Assembly (NCBI GenBank): GCA_963719225.1
Contig: CAVRAY010000001.1
Coordinates: 3,776,001 to 3,840,000, forward strand
Length of the DNA stretch: 64,000 bases
DNA from: Thermoanaerobaculia bacterium
GTDB taxonomy: Bacteria; Acidobacteriota; Thermoanaerobaculia; UBA5066
Reading direction: 5' to 3'
Shown here piece after piece: positions 1-8,758 of this stretch (position 1 is the stretch's first letter; each line of letters opens with the position of its first letter). The notes beneath the pieces were generated by a model, which was given only the letters and a program-made list of their open reading frames with translations, was not told the DNA's origin and did no database searches. A program made the translations under genes and the position numbers.

Positions 1-219
1 AAGGACTTCCGGGTGCCCTACACGCAGTCGCTCGAGTTCTTCACAGACCTCCAGAGGCGGGGCATCCCGTCGCGTCTCATCGTCTTCGAGAAGGCCGGCC
101 ACTGGCCGAGCGCGTTCGAGATGGGCCTTTACTACGCGGCGCACCTGGACTGGTTTCACCGCTTCCTCGGCGGCGCCGCCTCGCCCTGGAAGCCCGAAGA
201 CCTCGTGTCGGGAAAGTAG
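1..219 (+). CDS. S9 (prolyl oligopeptidase) family peptidase, C-terminal end only (5' truncated by the window edge)
   Basis: Frame open from base 1: KDFRVPYTQSLEFF...FEKAGHWP, giving the catalytic Asp (DFRVP) and His (AGH) region of S9 peptidases. Confidence 0.8.
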   Translation, partial: KDFRVPYTQSLEFFTDLQRRGIPSRLIVFEKAGHWPSAFEMGLYYAAHLDWFHRFLGGAASPWKPEDLVSGK

Positions 220-233
220 AGAGGACCTGCTCC

Positions 234-1490
234 GTGTTCTCGCGCCGGACGCCCGCGTCCCACGAGCCGAACCGCCTGTCACGGGCGGTCGCGGCCCGCA
301 CGCGGGAGTTCCTCGACCTCACGGTGACGAACCCGACCTCCGTCGCTCTTCGCTCCGGCGAGGCCGACGCGTTCGACGGCGCCGCCTCCGGCCGCGACGC
401 GCGCGTCCTCGCCGCCCTCGCCGACGCGAGGGGTCTCGTCTACACGCCCGATCCGAGAGGGATCCTCTCGGCGCGAATGGCCGTGAGCAACTATTACGCG
501 GCGGTGCACGGGGTGCTCGTGCCTCCGGGCCAGATCGTCCTGGCGGCGTCTTCGAGCGAAGCTTACGGCTGGCTCTTCAAGCTCGTCGGGGATCCGGGCG
601 ACGTCGTCCTCGTGCCCGCTCCCTCGTATCCCCTTCTCGACGCCCTCACGGAGCTGGAGTGCCTCACGCTCCAGCGCTACGCGCTCGCGTCGGAGGACGG
701 CTTCGCGTTTCATGCGGCCGCCGTCGAGGCGGAAGTGCAGCGCGTCGAAGCCGCCGGCCGCCGCGTCGCGGCCGTGGTCCTCGTGAACCCGAACAACCCC
801 ACCGGAACGTCTCTGGCGGGACCGGAGCTCGTCGCGCTCTTCGCGCTCGCGAAAGAGCGCCGGTTCGTCGTGATCTCGGACGAGGTCTTCGTCGATTTCC
901 GCTATTCGGACCGGCCCGGGGACGTCCGGATCGCGGCTGCGGCGGCGGGCGCGGACGGAGCGCTCGTCTTCTCGCTCGGAGGGCTTTCCAAGTCGGCGGC
1001 CCTCCCGCAGCTCAAGCTCGGGTGGATCTTCGCGAACGGTCCCGCCGGTCTTCTCGACGACGCGCTCGAGCGACTCGAGTGGATCGCGGATGCGTACCTC
1101 TCCGTCTCGACGCCCGTGCAGCTCGCGCTTCCGAAGCTCCTCGGGCACGCGCGCGGCACGGCCGACGCCATCTGGGCGCGCGTTCTCCACAACGAGCGGA
1201 CGCTGAGGGCGACCTTCCCCGAAGGTGGGCCCGTGACCGTTCTCCCCGTTCCGGCGGGGTGGACGGCGTGCCTGCGCGTGCCCGCCCTCCGCCCCGAGGA
1301 GGAGCTCGTCCTCGACCTCCTCGAAACGCACGACGTTCTCGTGCAGCCCGGCTATTTCTTCGAGTTTCCCTTCGAGTCATTTCTCGTCGTGAGTCTCCTG
1401 CCCGCACCGCAGACCTTCCGGGAGGGAATCGCCCGCCTCGCCAAAGCCCTGACGATTCACGCTCGAGCTCTTGGCCCGCGCTTTGCGTGA
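234..1490 (+). CDS. PLP-dependent class I/II aminotransferase
   Basis: NPNNPTG, SDEVF and GLSKS (PLP lysine) motifs. Confidence 0.9.
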   Translation: MFSRRTPASHEPNRLSRAVAARTREFLDLTVTNPTSVALRSGEADAFDGAASGRDARVLAALADARGLVYTPDPRGILSARMAVSNYYAAVHGVLVPPGQIVLAASSSEAYGWLFKLVGDPGDVVLVPAPSYPLLDALTELECLTLQRYALASEDGFAFHAAAVEAEVQRVEAAGRRVAAVVLVNPNNPTGTSLAGPELVALFALAKERRFVVISDEVFVDFRYSDRPGDVRIAAAAAGADGALVFSLGGLSKSAALPQLKLGWIFANGPAGLLDDALERLEWIADAYLSVSTPVQLALPKLLGHARGTADAIWARVLHNERTLRATFPEGGPVTVLPVPAGWTACLRVPALRPEEELVLDLLETHDVLVQPGYFFEFPFESFLVVSLLPAPQTFREGIARLAKALTIHARALGPRFA

Positions 1491-1498
1491 TTCTGCAC

Positions 1499-1882
1499 AT
1501 GCGAAATACCAGGAATTTCCTTCTTTCAACCGCCATCGCCGTACTCGCGGCTGGAGCTCCCCTTGCAGGCCCCGCTGCCGCTCAACCCGTGCCTCCTCCT
1601 CCGCCGGGATTGCCGGCTCCGGGCGACCTGCACGTCCGCATCATCGGCGTCCCGAGACCGGCACTCCGCCACGAGGTCCGCGTCGCGCGACCGGGCCCGC
1701 ACCACGTCTGGGTGGGCGGGTACTGGCATCCCACGGGCACGGAGTGGACCTGGAATGAAGGCCGCTGGATCGAGCCTCCGCGGCGTCACGTCCACTGGGT
1801 CGCGCCCCGTTACCAGAAAGTGAGGGGCGGCTGGCGCTACGTGCCAGGGCACTGGTCCCACGAACGCGTGATCTACAACTGA
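1499..1882 (+). CDS. Small secreted YXWGXW-repeat protein
   Basis: Signal-peptide-like MRNTRNFLLSTAIAVLAAG, then HHVWVGGYW...WTWNEGRW and HWVAPRY...WRYVPGHW repeats; 3' part of ORF 659..1882. Confidence 0.85.
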   Translation: MRNTRNFLLSTAIAVLAAGAPLAGPAAAQPVPPPPPGLPAPGDLHVRIIGVPRPALRHEVRVARPGPHHVWVGGYWHPTGTEWTWNEGRWIEPPRRHVHWVAPRYQKVRGGWRYVPGHWSHERVIYN

Positions 1883-1932
1883 TCAGCGCCGTCTTCGCGG
1901 CGGCGGGAGGATGAGCCCGGGTGACTTCGGCG

Positions 1933-2190
1933 TCACGGTCTTCGCGCGCGGCGCCGTTCCGGAGCGTGCGTACCGATGGACGAACTCAGGCGGCGCTCGC
2001 GCCGAAGATAGCGCCGCGGGATCGGTTCGAAGACCTCGCCCTTTTTCACGAGCTCGCGAACGAGCTCCTGAACGCGGTCCCGGTCCGCCCGGACCGCCTC
2101 GGCGATCATCCCGACGCTTCGAAGGAGGTCTCCTTCCACGCTCGTTTCGAGGTAGCGGACGATCTTTACGCGCAGAGCGGTCTCTCCCAT
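1933..2190 (-). CDS. Small hypothetical protein, winged-helix-like
   Basis: GAAGGAG SD before ATG 2190; pattern IVRYL...SVGMIAEAVRADRDRVQELVRELVKKGEV resembles wHTH. Confidence 0.55.
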   Translation of the reverse strand: MGETALRVKIVRYLETSVEGDLLRSVGMIAEAVRADRDRVQELVRELVKKGEVFEPIPRRYLRRERRLSSSIGTHAPERRRARRP

Positions 2191-2204
2191 CGATTCTCCT
2201 TCCT

Positions 2205-3278
2205 TCATCTCTTCGACCTGACGAGGAGCTCATTGAGATACGTCTTCCACAAATCCGCCCAGGTGTGCGTCTGGTGGCCGTGGGTCTTTTCCGACAGTGG
2301 AAAGACGACGGCCTGGGCGTTCTTCACACGCGCGACTCCTTTTTCGAGGAGGCCGAGCTCGGGAGGGTTGATCGCGTCGTCGGCGAAGTTGAGCGCGAGA
2401 AGCGGCGCCTGGATCTTCTCGAGGCGCGGTGACGGGTCGTAGTCGCGCGACGCATCGAGAGCGAACAGGAGGTCGTTCGCATCGGTTCTCGAAAGGCGAT
2501 CCGCCAGATACGCCTCGACGGCCGCGTCGGCGCTGACACGGTCGGGGGCCTGCCGCATCCACTCGTGGGGGCTTCCCGAGAGAACGAGCATGAGCGCGAG
2601 CGCGCCCTTGAGGCCGCGGGGCTGTGCCGTGTAGGCGCCGCCCTTCCAGTCGGGATCCTCGCGGATCAGGTCCATCGCCATCTTTCGCCACATCCGGTTT
2701 CGGCCGGCGATGGCGTTCGGGAGGCTCGCGAGCGGCATCAGAGCGTCCATGAAGTCGGGATATGTCTCGCCCCAGAGCCAGGTCTGCATTCCGCCCATCG
2801 AGGTGCCGATCACGAGGCGCAGGTGGGACACGCCAAGACTCTCCGTCAGCAGCCGGTGCTGGGCCTTTACCATGTCGTCGTACGAGTACCGCGGGAATCT
2901 CGCCTTCAGTCCGTCGCTCGGTTTCGAGGAAGCGCCGTGGCCCACGCTGTCCGGAATGACGATGAAGTTACGGGACGCGTCGAGCGGCTGTCCCGGCCCG
3001 AAGAGGACACCGGCGAATCTCGGAGCGAGAAACTGGGCCGAGGAGCCGCCGGTTCCGTGCAGCACGAGAACGGCGTTCGTCGTGCGACCACGGCCGTCGT
3101 CGAGCTTCCGGCCCAGCGTGACGTAATGCATCTTCAGCTCCGGAAGGGAGTCGCCTCTCGCGAACACGAAATCGCGGAGGATGGCATCGCCGTGCACTGG
3201 AGCGGGCGGAACGATCTGGGCGCGGGCCGTGAGCGTCATGGCGACCGCAAGCCCGCAGGCACCCGCACGCGTCCTCAT
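2205..3278 (-). CDS. Secreted alpha/beta hydrolase, homoserine O-acetyltransferase (MetX)-like
   Basis: LHGTGG, GTSMGG nucleophile motif, DDAINP and HGHQTH; real gene is the 3' part of ORF 2205..5693. Confidence 0.85.
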   Translation of the reverse strand: MRTRAGACGLAVAMTLTARAQIVPPAPVHGDAILRDFVFARGDSLPELKMHYVTLGRKLDDGRGRTTNAVLVLHGTGGSSAQFLAPRFAGVLFGPGQPLDASRNFIVIPDSVGHGASSKPSDGLKARFPRYSYDDMVKAQHRLLTESLGVSHLRLVIGTSMGGMQTWLWGETYPDFMDALMPLASLPNAIAGRNRMWRKMAMDLIREDPDWKGGAYTAQPRGLKGALALMLVLSGSPHEWMRQAPDRVSADAAVEAYLADRLSRTDANDLLFALDASRDYDPSPRLEKIQAPLLALNFADDAINPPELGLLEKGVARVKNAQAVVFPLSEKTHGHQTHTWADLWKTYLNELLVRSKR

Positions 3279-3332
3279 GACCCGATTAGACCGCGACTCG
3301 GGCCCTCTGACACAATCGCCCCTTCCCGAAAC

Positions 3333-4751
3333 ATGCAGGCCACGGTCTCCCTTCCGGTTTGGGTCGTCGTTCTCCTCGCCGCCCTCGCGGCCTGGGCGGT
3401 CCTCGACCGGCTCCTGAGGCCCGCTCTCCGCGCGGTTCTGCGCCGCCGCGCGAACCGCGTCATCGACGACCTGAACACGCGCCTCCCGCTGCGCATTCCT
3501 TCCTTCAAGCTCACGAAGCGCGAGGTCCTCGTGGACCAGCTTCGCTTCGACCCGAAGGTTCTCGAGGCCGCCGAGGCCTATGCCCGCGAGACGGGCACGC
3601 CGCGAGAGGTCGTGCAGAAACGCGTCGCCCGTGACGCGACGGAGATCGTCCCCGCCTTCAACGCCTGGATCTATTTCCGCGCGGGGTATGCGGCGGCCCG
3701 GGCGCTCGCGCGGACGCTCTATCGCGTGCGCATCGGCTCGGCCGACGACGCGGGCCTCGCGGCGATTCCCGACGGTTCGGCGGTGGTCTTCGTCATGAAC
3801 CACCGAAGCAACATGGATTACATCCTCCTCTCGTATCTCGCGGCCGAGCGTACGGCCCTGAGCTATGCGGTCGGGGAGTGGGCGCGGATCTGGCCGGTCC
3901 AGAGCCTCGTGCGCGCCACCGGCGCCTACTTCGTTCGACGCGACGCGAACGATCCCCTCTACCGGCGCGTCCTCGAGCGCTATGTCGCGATGGCGACCGC
4001 GCACGGCGTTCCGCAGGCCGTGTATCCGGAAGGCGGGCTCTCGCGCGACGGCGCGCTCCGCCCGCCGAAGCTCGGCCTCCTCGATTACATGATCCGCGGC
4101 TTCGATCCGACCGGGACCCGGGACCTCGTCTTCGTCCCGGTCGGCGTCAATTACGACCGCGTCCTCGAGGACCGCACCCTTCTCCTGGACCGTTCGCCCG
4201 CCCAGGGCCGGGCGACGGCGCTCCAGACGATCGGGGGAACGTTGCGCTTCGTCGGGAAGAACCTCCGCCTGCTCGTGATGAACGACTGGCACCGCTTCGG
4301 CTACGCCTGCGTCAGCTTTGGAACTCCCGTTTCGACGAAAGCCTGGCTCGCGTCGAAATCTTTCGACCTTCCGCGCGCCTCCCGCGACGAGCGCTTCGCC
4401 GCCGTTCAGGAGCTCGCGGCGGAATTGATGGCGCGGATCGCGCGCATCATTCCCGTCCTGCCCGTTTCCCTGGTCTCTGCGGTCTTCACGGCGGATCCCG
4501 GCCGCGCCCAGAGCGAGATCGAGCTCAAGGCCGAAGTCCTCGCCCGCTGGCGAAAGCTGGAGGAGGCGGGCGCGCACGTCTACGTCCCGCGCGGCGATCA
4601 GGACTACGCCGTCACGTTCGGGCTCAGGACCCTGCTTCAGCGTCACCTCGTGACCCGAGAGAACGGACTTTTCCAGGTGGTTCCCAGCGAGCTGCCTCTC
4701 CTGCGCTACTACGCGAACGCCCTCGCGCCTATTGACCAACCCCGCCCTTAG
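3333..4751 (+). CDS. Glycerol-3-phosphate/lysophospholipid acyltransferase (PlsB/PlsC-like)
   Basis: HRSNMD (HX4D), GAYFVRR and YPEGGLSRDG acyltransferase blocks; N-terminal TM helix. Confidence 0.9.
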   Translation: MQATVSLPVWVVVLLAALAAWAVLDRLLRPALRAVLRRRANRVIDDLNTRLPLRIPSFKLTKREVLVDQLRFDPKVLEAAEAYARETGTPREVVQKRVARDATEIVPAFNAWIYFRAGYAAARALARTLYRVRIGSADDAGLAAIPDGSAVVFVMNHRSNMDYILLSYLAAERTALSYAVGEWARIWPVQSLVRATGAYFVRRDANDPLYRRVLERYVAMATAHGVPQAVYPEGGLSRDGALRPPKLGLLDYMIRGFDPTGTRDLVFVPVGVNYDRVLEDRTLLLDRSPAQGRATALQTIGGTLRFVGKNLRLLVMNDWHRFGYACVSFGTPVSTKAWLASKSFDLPRASRDERFAAVQELAAELMARIARIIPVLPVSLVSAVFTADPGRAQSEIELKAEVLARWRKLEEAGAHVYVPRGDQDYAVTFGLRTLLQRHLVTRENGLFQVVPSELPLLRYYANALAPIDQPRP

Positions 4752-4765
4752 GTCCAGATTGCGCT

Positions 4766-5021
4766 CAGTTCCGCGACGGCACGACGAGCGCGTACCTCTT
4801 CGGCGGCGGCAGCTACCGCTACTCCGACACGGCAGGCAACTTCCGCCCTGCTCTCCAGGCCCAGAACTGGCCCCAGATCTACCCCAACGGCTTCCAGGTC
4901 TTCCCGGGCTTCCGGCGTGGCCGGCCGCTTCGAGCACCTCAGCGACTTCGGAAACTCCACCGACGTCAAGGTCACCGGCCGCTACGAGCTGTCGAAAGCC
5001 TTTGCGCTTCGCGCGTCGGTT
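4766..5021 (+). pseudogene. Remnant of a TonB-dependent receptor gene (fused, frameshifted fragments)
   Basis: Translates to AYLFGGGSYR...NWPQIYPNGF, QVFPGFR, then after a +1 shift GVAGRFEHLSDFGNSTDVKVTGRYELSKAFALRASV; no start codon. Confidence 0.65.
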
Positions 5022-5032
5022 CTGACGAACGG

Positions 5033-5632
5033 TCAATGCACTCGCCCGACGAGGCCGGCGTCGTAAAGGCGCCGGTCCATCGGGGTGAGGGCGCGCACCT
5101 GCGCGCGCATGAGAAGCGGCGTGAAGCGCCGCGTCGCGAGATACGTGCTCACGTCCCAGAGGTCCTCCCCGGCCGTCTCCCAGCCGCGTCGGTCGAAGCG
5201 CGAAAGGTCGACGGGCTGCTCGAAGGCCCGCAGGCTCTTCTCGCCCTCCAGGTTGTAATAGGCATCGAAGTAGCTCATCACGAGCTCCCGGAGGGATCGG
5301 TAGACGGGGGACCGGAAGCGCAATCCCGAGTAGTTCGACTTCGCGATCGCGCCCCAGCAGCCGGCGGACCGCCTCTCGCGGAAGACGGCCAGCACGTGGT
5401 CGTCGTCGCGCACCGCGCGCAGCTGGACGACGAGAGGCGGATGCCCGAGCCGCCGCAGGGCCGCGGCCGCGAAGAGAGCGCCTTCGAAGCAATGCGCTTC
5501 GCGTGCCTCGAGGACACGGCGCGGCGACCGTGCCGTCTCGCCGCCCTTTTCCTTGTTGTAGAGGAGGTCGTCCAGGAAGCGCTGGATCGCGAAGGGCGAG
5601 CGCAGCCCGCGCGGGAGGCGTAACGACCTCAT
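5033..5632 (-). CDS. Conserved hypothetical protein, transglutaminase-like (Cys/His)
   Basis: HCFEGALFAAAAL, DDDHVLAVF and WGAIAKSN motifs. Confidence 0.75.
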   Translation of the reverse strand: MRSLRLPRGLRSPFAIQRFLDDLLYNKEKGGETARSPRRVLEAREAHCFEGALFAAAALRRLGHPPLVVQLRAVRDDDHVLAVFRERRSAGCWGAIAKSNYSGLRFRSPVYRSLRELVMSYFDAYYNLEGEKSLRAFEQPVDLSRFDRRGWETAGEDLWDVSTYLATRRFTPLLMRAQVRALTPMDRRLYDAGLVGRVH

Positions 5633-5661
5633 GGTGGTGTTGTTCAAGACGCGAGGATTCT

Positions 5662-5714
5662 AGAGGGGGAAGAGAAAGAGAAGAGAAAGACAAAGAGGAA
5701 GATTTCTTAGAATG
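5662..5714 (+). repeat. Polypurine tract followed by a copy of the GATTTCTTAGAA motif
   Basis: 5662-5702 is 41 nt with a single C; TTCTTAGAA at 5704-5712. Confidence 0.75.
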
Positions 5715-5719
5715 AGAAT

Positions 5720-6529
5720 ATGGAAGAGACGCCGTCGAAGCGCACGATCTCGGCTGGCGCGATTTCGGCCGGCGCCCCCTCGGCCGGCGCGGTCACGCCG
5801 CTTTCGCTCGCCGGCATCCCAGGGTTCGCGGCCGGATTCACGCGCGGAGCCCTGACCGCGCGTTCCTTCTCACCCGACGCCGCCGGCCGGGCCCTCACAG
5901 AAGGGGTCGGTGCGCCGGACGCCGAAGTGGTGGCCCTCACGCAGGTCCACGGCCGCAGCATTCTTACCTTCGAAGCACCCGCGCGAAAGCGCGGGTACAC
6001 CCTCCTCGGCGAAGGCGACGGCCTTCTCACTTGCCAGCCGAACGTTCTCCTCCTCGTCGCCTCCGCGGACTGCGTTCCCGTCGTCCTCGCCGACCCCGAG
6101 ACGGGCTGGATCGCCGCCATCCACGCCGGCTGGAGAGGCACCGCCGTGCGTGTGCTCGACGCCGCGCTCGACGCACTGATCGCACGCGGCGTGAGTCCGG
6201 AGAACCTTCGGGCCGCTTTCGGCCCGTCGATCTCACGCGACCGGTACGAAGTCGGACCCGAGGTCCTGGCGGCGCTCCGCGACTCCTACCGCGGTATCGA
6301 CGTGCCGGCGGCGTCGACGCACGCTGGACGCGGGGACCGGGCTTTCGTCGACGTCGCCGCGTTCAACGCGGCGGCGCTGCGCGCGCGCGGCGTGCCCGCC
6401 GACCGGATGCCCACGCCGGCCCCTTGCACCGCGTCGACACCCGATCTTCCTTCCTGGCGGCGCGACGGCCCCGGGGCGGGACGCATCCTCACCGGGATCG
6501 TGTGCGCCGGGGCTCGTCACGCCCCTTGA
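5720..6529 (+). CDS. pgeF: PgeF/YfiH (polyphenol oxidase/laccase-domain) family protein
   Basis: QVHG, GDGL, ADCVPV, HAGWRG and GPSI motifs. Confidence 0.9.
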   Translation: MEETPSKRTISAGAISAGAPSAGAVTPLSLAGIPGFAAGFTRGALTARSFSPDAAGRALTEGVGAPDAEVVALTQVHGRSILTFEAPARKRGYTLLGEGDGLLTCQPNVLLLVASADCVPVVLADPETGWIAAIHAGWRGTAVRVLDAALDALIARGVSPENLRAAFGPSISRDRYEVGPEVLAALRDSYRGIDVPAASTHAGRGDRAFVDVAAFNAAALRARGVPADRMPTPAPCTASTPDLPSWRRDGPGAGRILTGIVCAGARHAP

Positions 6530-7571
6530 GCTGGCCGCAGGCCGCGTCGGCTTGCAGGCCCTTCGACCAGCGCACCGTCACCGGAACTCCCCCGCCGGCG
6601 ACCGCCTTCGCGAACGTGTTCACGGCGGCATCCGAGGGCCGCTTCAGGGCGGGGAGCCATTCTTTCGATTCGTTCAGCGGGATCAGATTCACCTTGGCCG
6701 GCAGCGGCCGCACGAGCGCCGCGAGCTTCACCGCGTCCGCGGGCGAATCGTTGACTCCCTCGATGAGGACGTATTCGAACGTGATCTTCCGCCCCCGCTC
6801 GAGCGGCCACCTCTTCAGCGCCGCGAAGAGCTCGGCGAGAGGGTACGTGCGGTTGATCGGCATGAGCTCCGTGCGCGTCGCATCGTCCGCTCCCGAGAGC
6901 GAGACGGCGAGGTTCGGGCGTCGCGGCCGGCCCGCGAGGCTCTCGATGCCCGGCACGAATCCCGCCGTGGAGACCGTCGTGCGCTTCGGCGAGACTTCGC
7001 CTTCGAGGAGATCGAGCGCACGCGTCAACTGGGGGACGTTCAGCAGCGGCTCGCCCATTCCCATGAAGACGACGTTCGCCGCGTGAGGGCCGAAAGCCTT
7101 CGCGCGCGCGATCGCGAGGTATTGCCCGACGATCTCTCCGGCCATCAGATTGCGCCCTGCGCCCATCCGTCCCGTGACGCAGAACGCGCAGTCGAGCGCG
7201 CAGCCCGCTTGCGAGGAGAGGCAGATCGTGAGGCGGGATGCCCCGGGCGTTTCGGGGTCCGTCCACGAAGGCGTCTTCTTCGACTCCACGATGTAGACGG
7301 CTTCGATGCGTGCGCCGTCGGCGAGCTCGAAGAGGAATTTCTCCGTTCCGTCGGGAGCGGGGATCCGCGAGAGGATCCTCGGGACGCCGATGGCGAAGCG
7401 TGTTGCGAGCGCCTCGCGCATCGCCTTCGGGAGGTTCGTCATCTCGGCGAAGTCGACGGCGCGCCGCGCGTAAATCCACTGTGAGACCTGAGCGGCGCGA
7501 AACGGCTCCGGCGCCACGTCCCGGATCGCGCGCGCGACGTCCAGGGGTGGGAGGCCGAGGAGATCCTGCAC
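6489..7571 (-). CDS. rlmN: 23S rRNA A2503/tRNA A37 C2-methyltransferase RlmN
   Basis: CLSSQAGCALDCAFC, MGMGEPL and AACGQL motifs. Confidence 0.95.
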   Translation of the reverse strand: MQDLLGLPPLDVARAIRDVAPEPFRAAQVSQWIYARRAVDFAEMTNLPKAMREALATRFAIGVPRILSRIPAPDGTEKFLFELADGARIEAVYIVESKKTPSWTDPETPGASRLTICLSSQAGCALDCAFCVTGRMGAGRNLMAGEIVGQYLAIARAKAFGPHAANVVFMGMGEPLLNVPQLTRALDLLEGEVSPKRTTVSTAGFVPGIESLAGRPRRPNLAVSLSGADDATRTELMPINRTYPLAELFAALKRWPLERGRKITFEYVLIEGVNDSPADAVKLAALVRPLPAKVNLIPLNESKEWLPALKRPSDAAVNTFAKAVAGGGVPVTVRWSKGLQADAACGQLKGRDEPRRTRSR

Positions 7572-7605
7572 GTCCCTGTGACAGACGCGTCGCCCGACGC
7601 GTCGA

Positions 7606-8001
7606 TCAGCCGCGCTTCGCGACGGTGGAGCGGAGAGTGACGGTCGCCGCGGGGCGGCGCCGCGCGCGGATCGGCCGCGTGGGATCGATGCCGACCGACC
7701 GCAGGAAGCTCAGATCCTTGACGTTGATCTGGAACACGGCCGTTTCGACCGTGCCGCCCTCGAGGTCCGCGGAGGCTCGAGGCGCCTGGAGCGCGCCGCG
7801 CCGAATCGAGGGAAGCGCCGCCGACGAGCGCCTTCCGCGCTTTTCCAGCGCGACGGTGGCGTCGAGGACGAGATAGACGCCGTAGCCCTCGGCCTTCACC
7901 TTCGCGAGGATCTCGTGCACTTTCTCCGAGGACGACACCGACTCGTTGAGCGCGGCGCCGAGCTCACGGAGGTACGCGCGAACCTTTTCGTCCAAAGCCA
8001 T
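7606..8001 (-). CDS. Conserved hypothetical protein
   Basis: Clean 131-aa ORF with genome-typical codons, co-directional with rlmN; no family recognised with certainty. Confidence 0.7.
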   Translation of the reverse strand: MALDEKVRAYLRELGAALNESVSSSEKVHEILAKVKAEGYGVYLVLDATVALEKRGRRSSAALPSIRRGALQAPRASADLEGGTVETAVFQINVKDLSFLRSVGIDPTRPIRARRRPAATVTLRSTVAKRG

Positions 8002-8116
8002 CTGGGCGGCAATCTAGGCCGCTGTTGGCGGCGAGTCAATCGTGCAGGACGGGTGTTCGGTTTCCCCTCACGAACCGCTTTTCTTCTGGCCCGACGAGGA
8101 GCAGAATCCGTCGCCC

Positions 8117-8695
8117 GTGTCTGAGGCTCATTTCGTCAACGGCCATCCGCTCGCGCCTCCCTTCCCCGAGGGGATGCAACGCGCGCTCTTCGGGATGGGT
8201 TGCTTCTGGGGCGCCGAGAAGAAATTCTGGCAAAAGAGCGGCGTCTTCACGACGGCGGTCGGCTACGCCGGGGGCATGACGCCGAATCCCACGTACCGCC
8301 AGGTGTGCACGGGGTCGACGGGTCACAGCGAGGTCGTGCTCGTCGTCTTCGATCCCGCGGTGGTCTCGTACGACGATCTCCTCAGGACGTTCTGGGAAAA
8401 CCACGATCCGACGCAGGGCATGCGACAGGGCAACGACGTCGGCACGCAGTACCGATCGGGGATCTACACCTTCGACGACGCGCAACACGCAGCCGCCGAA
8501 GCCTCGAGGGTCGCGTATCAGAAGAAGCTCACGGAAAAGGGCTTCGGCGCGATCACGACCGAGATCCTGCCGGCCCCGGAGTTCACGTACGCCGAGGACT
8601 ACCACCAGCAGTACCTCGCGAAGAATCCCGACGGCTATTGCGGCATGGGGGGAACGGGCGTCTCTTGCCCCGTGGGCGTCGCGAAAAGCGCGTGA
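8117..8695 (+). CDS. msrA: Peptide methionine sulfoxide reductase MsrA
   Basis: GCFWGAE, GTQYRS and AEDYHQQYL motifs; start estimated at GTG 8117. Confidence 0.95.
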   Translation: MSEAHFVNGHPLAPPFPEGMQRALFGMGCFWGAEKKFWQKSGVFTTAVGYAGGMTPNPTYRQVCTGSTGHSEVVLVVFDPAVVSYDDLLRTFWENHDPTQGMRQGNDVGTQYRSGIYTFDDAQHAAAEASRVAYQKKLTEKGFGAITTEILPAPEFTYAEDYHQQYLAKNPDGYCGMGGTGVSCPVGVAKSA

Positions 8696-8758
8696 GCGCT
8701 ACGCGGCGACCGCGAACCTGAAAGGTCTCTCGCGTCGCTGCCACTTCCGCAAAAGACG

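Noticed and set aside
2205-5693. 1162-aa minus-strand ORF as one giant protein
   Set aside because: Only the last 357 aa (from 3278) look like a real hydrolase; the rest is stop-free antisense or alternative frame over other genes, as expected at high GC
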